A stretch of 64,000 nucleotides of DNA from an uncultured virus (IMG/VR IMGVR_UViG_3300028840_007129) (Duplodnaviria; Heunggongvirae; Uroviricota; Caudoviricetes). Below the pieces are notes generated by a model. That model ran no database searches and was not told the DNA's origin. It saw only the letters and a program-made list of their open reading frames with translations. The translations under genes and the position numbers were made by a program. Positions 63,640 through 64,000 of the stretch are shown here, in pieces. The first letter of the stretch is position 1. Each line of letters starts with the position of its first letter. The DNA lies in the IMG/VR virus record IMGVR_UViG_3300028840_007129. One strand, written 5' to 3'.

Positions 63640-63879
63640 GCAATTCCCCTATATTATAGGAATAGGGGAAAATTGTAAAAAAGCTATCTTTGGCATGATC
63701 CTTGCAGGCGAAAAATCGCCCGTTTAAGGTACACGATGTCCGGGCCCTGAATTTTGTTTCCCATCCCGGTCCTAGCTCTGTTCTATTTCTCCCCTATTTC
63801 TCCCCTACTTTTCCTCTACCATTTCTCTCACCCCACCGTATTTCTCCGGTCCTGGTCCTGGTCCTGGTTCCGTCTTCTC

Positions 63880-63985
63880 ACCCTTACCATTACCCTTACC
63901 ATTACCCTTACCATTACCCTTACCATTACCCTTACCATTACCCTTATCCTTACCATTACCCTTATCCTTACCATTACCCCTACCC
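63880..63985. repeat. 12-bp tandem repeat (ACCCTTACCATT)n
   Basis: Directly visible; reads GKGN repeats on the minus strand. Confidence 0.9.
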
Positions 63986-64000
63986 TGGTCTTTGGATGCG

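Noticed and set aside
1..64000. Integron integrase or other tyrosine recombinase, transposase, reverse transcriptase
   Set aside because: No ORF shows the R-H-x-x-R-H-Y, DDE or YxDD signatures; any cassette recombinase must lie elsewhere.
1..64000. Alternative genetic code (stop-codon reassignment)
   Set aside because: Conserved genes (rnhB, ftsK, parB, AAA ATPases) are uninterrupted in code 11, and all three stops are used at coupled junctions.

Overview
This window looks like 64 kb of a large (jumbo-type) bacteriophage or phage-plasmid genome, from a non-structural early/middle region. It has more than 100 small, tightly packed, mostly minus-strand ORFs with strong Shine-Dalgarno sites and sigma70-type promoters. 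No rRNA, tRNA, CRISPR array, integrase or recognisable capsid gene was seen. Recognisable products are a GHKL/MORC-like ATPase operon, RNase HII, an RRM RNA-binding protein, a stand-alone CoaC flavoprotein, an HD hydrolase, an exported protein with a FlgD/T9SS-like C-terminus, an ECF-like sigma factor, a motor-only FtsK, a HAD nucleotidase fusion, ParB, a GP88-like protein, a minimal ATP-dependent ligase, a MoxR AAA + VWA/metallopeptidase pair, ClpS, a Ycf46-like AAA/DUF1257/DUF2997/DUF3150 module and a radical SAM enzyme. The most notable feature is two clusters (7.5-8.6 kb and 31.3-31.9 kb) of tiny genes separated by attC-like imperfect hairpins (AAC...GTT). Each unit's inverse core pairs with that unit's own first bases, which is the signature of integron-type gene cassettes, here on a phage and with no integrase in the window. 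Other signals are a sharp GC-skew flip with iteron-like repeats and paired operators next to parB (candidate origin), a hairpin tandem-repeat array at 63.3-63.6 kb, a candidate sRNA, and peptide modules shared between unrelated small proteins. All family assignments come from visual motif recognition, not database searches.
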